A stretch of DNA of 64,000 nt, taken from assembly GCA_958009085.1 (NCBI GenBank), contig OY253668.1, positions 186,001 to 250,000 of the forward strand, given 5' to 3'. Position 1 is the first letter of the stretch. Every line of letters starts with the position of its first letter. Position numbers and translations under genes: made by a program. This DNA comes from Protoeuglena noctilucae. Lineage: Eukaryota. A model generated the notes under the pieces. The model ran no database searches. It was given only the letters and a program-made list of their open reading frames with translations, and was not told the origin of the DNA. Of this stretch, positions 59,898-64,000 are shown piece after piece.

Positions 59898-61116
59898 TCA
59901 CTGCGCGCGGTACATGCCCTGCACTCCCAGAATGTTCAGCGCGCACACGTGCACGTCGTGCAAGTCCCGCGGGTACCGGGCCAGGGCGACGATGAGGGCG
60001 TGGCGCACCTCCTGCAGGCCAAGAGAAAGGCAGTGTGTGAGAGACCCGTCCCACAGTGCAGGCTCCCACTAGCTAGGCCTGGTCCAGCGGGGCAGCCCCC
60101 TTGCCTTGATGATCTTGGGGAAGTCCATGTACGACGCCCGCTGCGCCACGTAGTGCGCGTCCAGCAGGTCGATGGCCTCGCAGTACAGGTCGTCGAGGAC
60201 GGAGGGGCCCGTGTCGTCCAGCAGCTCCACAAAACCGCACGCGGCGGGCGTCTCGGGCAGCTTGCCTGCAGAGGGACGGACGTCGGCGCGGTCCCCATCT
60301 CGGCGCGCGGGGCGAGGCAGGGTGAGGCACCCTGGGTGAGGCGGCAGTCTCACCCACGAGACCAGAGGCGTGGACGAAGGCGTCGAGGCCGAGGATCTCC
60401 GTGACGAGGAAGGTGACGTTGACGCTGGCCGTGGCGAACGGGTAGTCGGGCTCAGACCGCGGCTGCCGCTTCTTGTGCATGAGCCGCGCAAACACCTCCG
60501 GGTAGCTCTCGGCCAGGTACACCAGATTCTGGAGGCCTGCGGGTGCGACGCGGACACGCGGTGATGCCTGCCGAGGCGGTCAGCGGACGATGGCCGGACA
60601 CAGATACCCCGGCACTGACTCACAGAGCAGGCCCGCGCCACGAAAGTCCGAGGTCGGGTCGTCGCGCTGCCAGCCCATCTCCTTCCAGCGGTTGTCGCGC
60701 TGGCTCTCCGCGAGGCTTGCGGTGTCCCGGAACGCCAGGGTCCATAACCGGCGCAGCAAGGCGCGGTGGTCCGCGTTTCCCCGGTCAAAGCCTTGCATCG
60801 TGCGGAGCTGTAAGCCCTGCCACATCGCCCGGACTTCGGGCGACATGTTTGGCCGGCGAATGGAGGCTGGGATGATCCCGGCGACCTTGGGCGAGAGGGC
60901 AGCGAGCGAATTGAGCCACTGCACGACACGAAACTTGAAGCTGCCCCGCTCCAGGTGGTGGCGCTCCATCGCCGACGACGTAGACGGCGGGTCCGCCGTC
61001 ATGTCCTCCCCGTCGCGCGTCCCGTCCCCAGTCAAGTCGTCTGCCTCGTCCAGGAAGGGCATCGACAAGGGCGTCGTACCACCTCCCTTGTCGCCCCTGC
61101 GCGGGGCGAACCGCAT
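59898..61116 (-). CDS. ELMO/CED-12 domain protein (ELMOD family)
   Basis: HRALLRRLW..AF, RWKEMGWQRDDPTSDFRGAG, YPFATASVNVT, ASYMDFP. Start could lie one exon further upstream (about 61271). Confidence 0.9.
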
Positions 61117-61715
61117 GCTCCCTCGGCCCAGAAGCGGATACAAGGAAGAGAAAGCAAACGCAGACCCGCTGCCAAGTCGCGTCCGCTGCAGGGGCGCAAA
61201 TTCGCGCGCACAGCGCGCACTGTGATGTGGCACCCTGCCCGCACCTCCTCCGAGCCCCCGAGCTCATCATTCCTTGAGGGAGCTCAGGAGATTCTTGCGG
61301 CAATCTTCTACGGTCGGGGCGTGCGTAGGGACGGGACTCCAACGCAGGTTTTGGGGTGGAAAAGCTAGTTCCCCTGCAAACTCCTGTCGTAACGAGAGGG
61401 CATCGATTGCTGCGCAGGACTGGTGGATGGCGGGCCAGCCCAGGCGAGGTTTGCGCGTGCTTCCACGAGACCACTGGCGTGTCATCTGACTCGGCGCGCG
61501 CCACGCCCGATATGCTTTGCCCAGGTTCTCAGGGCTGTCGTCGTTACGAGGTGGTCTTGCAGCATTGATCCTTTCAGCCAGTGACGCACCCGGCGCAGGC
61601 AGGGGTGCAGGGAAGCAGCTGGGAGCCGTGCTGGGAGGGCCGCGCTCAGGTAGACGGGCGACGTGACGGGTCCCTGTGGACCAGGGCGTGCGGGACGGGC
61701 GCTGGGTGGGGGAGG

Positions 61716-62632
61716 ATGACTACGCTGTCCTTCGAGCACTTCCCCGGCCGCCATTTCCACCTGCTGCTCTTCAAGGACGTCCGCAACGCCAAGTGAGGAT
61801 CTGTGCGAATGTCACTTGATGAGATACCTCGGTCATCAAGGGCAGCCCGCGCTTGCTGGCGCCGCATCAAGAGAGCCGTCCGCGCACTTCGTCCGTCCGT
61901 CCCAGGGACATCGTGGCCCGAATCCTCGCGAGAAGTTTGGACCCGGACGTGACCGTCCTGGACGCTGGCATGGTGCGGGAGGGCCCAGTGCGCGCGCTAT
62001 GCCACGGCCACACGCTTCCTGCACGCCATCGAGGTCCCGTGTCGCTGGGCCCCTCCGCAGGTGGTTGACGTGTTCGCGGTTCACCTGGCGGCGTACAAGG
62101 CTCTCTGCAATGCGAGCGGGCCGGGGCTGAAGACAAAGACGCTGCACTCGGAGGTCGTCTTCATGCTGTCGGGGGGCCGCCACATCGTCGAAGCGTACAG
62201 GAACTTTGGGCCCAAGGACGACACGACGGCATTGTTGGGTGCGCTTGGGCGATGGGTGGTCGATCGTTGCGGAAGGTGCTATGCCGTGGCGTAGGTGGCA
62301 CGTATGCGTGGGATGGAAGACGTGCTGTGACGCCGTGGACCTCCCCGCAGTGGGAATTTTCGATCCGAAAGACGGAGACGCGGAGAAGATTCAGAGCGCG
62401 ATCGAGGGGCAGCCGGTGGACATCGAGGAGCTGGGGAAGTTGCAGAGGTGAGGGCGAGGGCGCATTGGCGTGCGTGTACCCAGCGACCACGCTGCGACGC
62501 AAACCGCCACCTTGGCTTGTGACGCGCAGGATAAAGGATATCCACCGAGCATACAAGGTGCAGGGGCCGGAGCTAGTTTGTGACGACCTCGTCGGTGTGG
62601 TTGCGTCTCGCATGGGGTCGGCGGAGGTGTAG
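61716..62632 (+). CDS. CGI121: KEOPS/EKC complex subunit CGI121/TPRKB
   Basis: LLLFKDVRNA, HLAAYKAL...LKTKTLHSEVVFMLSGGRHIVEAYRNFG, IHRAYKV...LVGVVASRM; 4 introns. Confidence 0.9.
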
Positions 62633-62800
62633 TTTGTATGATTGCCAGCCAGCCTCGCTGCAGCGTCCTGCCAGCGACGCGCCCGCGTAGTTCCTAGCAG
62701 AAGTTCCTAGCAGAACTGCCAGTTAAAGTAGTTGGGCAAGCGCGCGTGCCACCTGGAGTGTGTGTGGAGAGTACGGCTGGGAGAGTACTAACGGCCTAGT

Positions 62801-64000
62801 TTAAGAGAGCCACTTGCGAGCGGTGGTCTGGACGAAGTGGACGACGTGGTCCGTGGCCCGTGCGAGCGCGACGCAGCCCCCCACCACGGCGCACAGGCGG
62901 ACAAGGAAGTGGAGGAGGCCGACGCCGCCCGCGTGGTCGATTCCCACGGCGATGGGGTAGAAGTCGTACTCGAAGATGATGCAGGGAAGGCGAGGGGTCT
63001 GCAGGCACAGGGAGGCGGGCGCTGAATGGGGCTCGCCTGACAGAGCCTCATGCCGAGAGTGGCGCCCATCGAGCATCACCCATTCACCTTGGACATGGGG
63101 ACAAAGTACTCTTGCACGCTGTACTGCGTCCCCTCACGGCGGTTGCCAAGCACCCCGTGGTACTTGACCGGCACGACCTGAATGAAATACTCGTACGACC
63201 CAGGCACCGTGGCAATGTTGCGCACGCCCTCGAGCGCCTGGGCCTCCCACCCGGGCACCTGCTGCCCGAACCGCAGCTTGTTGATGGTGTGCGAGACGTC
63301 TGACTTGGCAACGACGTCCCCCGTTCGCTGCAAGACCTCGCCGGGGTGCAGCCCCGCTGTCAGCTCTAGCGCCCCCGTCAGCCGCGGGGCGGACACCTCC
63401 CTGCACAGGGGGCTGGGCGGTAGTGCGTGACTGGCTGGCGCAAACCGAGGGCAGCAGGGCGCCCTCGAACGAGCCTTTGCCAGGTGTGCGGGCAAGCGAC
63501 ACCGTTCCATGCTGCTCCGTGGCCCGGGCAGTGCGGCCTCTCACCCGTAGATGCGGCAGCCCTCCTGGCTCCTTGCCTCCTCCGCGATCGACGCAAATTC
63601 GTCGCTGAGGTCCTTCATGATGGCCTGCTCCGACGGCATCACCTTGCGTGCCTGCTCCAGCTGCCACAGCCTCTGCAGTCATTGGCGAGCACCAGCGCGT
63701 CGCACCAAGCGCAGGGTATTTTGTTGAAAGGCTGCCGCACTGTCAGCGAGGCGCATCTTCGCCTCCGGCTCCTGCCCGAGCGGCCAGCCGTGCTTGGACA
63801 GCCGCTGCTTGTGCAAGTGGTGCCCTACGGTGTCGATCGGGTTGCCCCCGCTCGCCTCCAGGAGCATCACGTTGATGATCGAGCAAGGCATTCGCGGCAT
63901 CGTGATGTCCAGCTGCAGGCGCATCTCTGCAGGCGCAGGCAGGGCGAAAAGCGTCGTGTGTAGAGAGGGAGGTCAGCCAGCGCTGCCCAGCGCGCCTCCT
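62801..64000 (-). CDS. ERGIC3/Erv46-Erv41 family ER-Golgi cycling protein (5' truncated)
   Basis: LDITMPRMPCS, EGCRIYG, VSHTINKLRFG, YEYFIQVVPVKY, TQYSV, FEYDFYPI, HFLVRLCAVVGG. Confidence 0.88.

Noticed and set aside
8808..62632. Functional gene cluster (MOCS3 + CGI121 for tRNA modification; CBM20 + SWEET for carbohydrate)
   Set aside because: The genes are far apart or interspersed with unrelated housekeeping genes; there is no evidence beyond chance adjacency.

Overview
Eukaryotic nuclear DNA: GC-rich (about 70% by eye), gene-dense and intron-rich, most consistent with a flagellated green alga. Plastid-type genes (HMA1, OEP61, CBM20) and cilium-associated genes (DNAAF5, a TTLL ligase) are both present. 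A pedinophyte-like compact genome is plausible but unverified. By splicing exons by hand I recover 22 protein-coding genes (two truncated by the window edges) and one decayed beta-helix-repeat pseudogene (about 29.3-32.4 kb). I found no rRNA, tRNA, CRISPR array or recognisable transposase. Most long ORFs in the six-frame track are GC-rich shadow frames. Main observations: (1) at least 20 frame-supported GC-AG introns, roughly one in seven by hand estimate; (2) an SPFH/HIR gene whose family-typical N-terminus starts at GUG with no in-frame AUG; (3) a duplicated 38-aa Trp-helix module appended to a plastid CIA30/Rossmann protein, a possible pyrenoid/Rubisco-type sticker; (4) a ~1 kb pyrimidine-rich, apparently spliced and structured locus with no long ORF at 15.0-16.0 kb; (5) a J-domain protein whose N-terminal domain resembles a bacterial family. 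Exon boundaries and some start codons are manual inferences and need RNA-seq.
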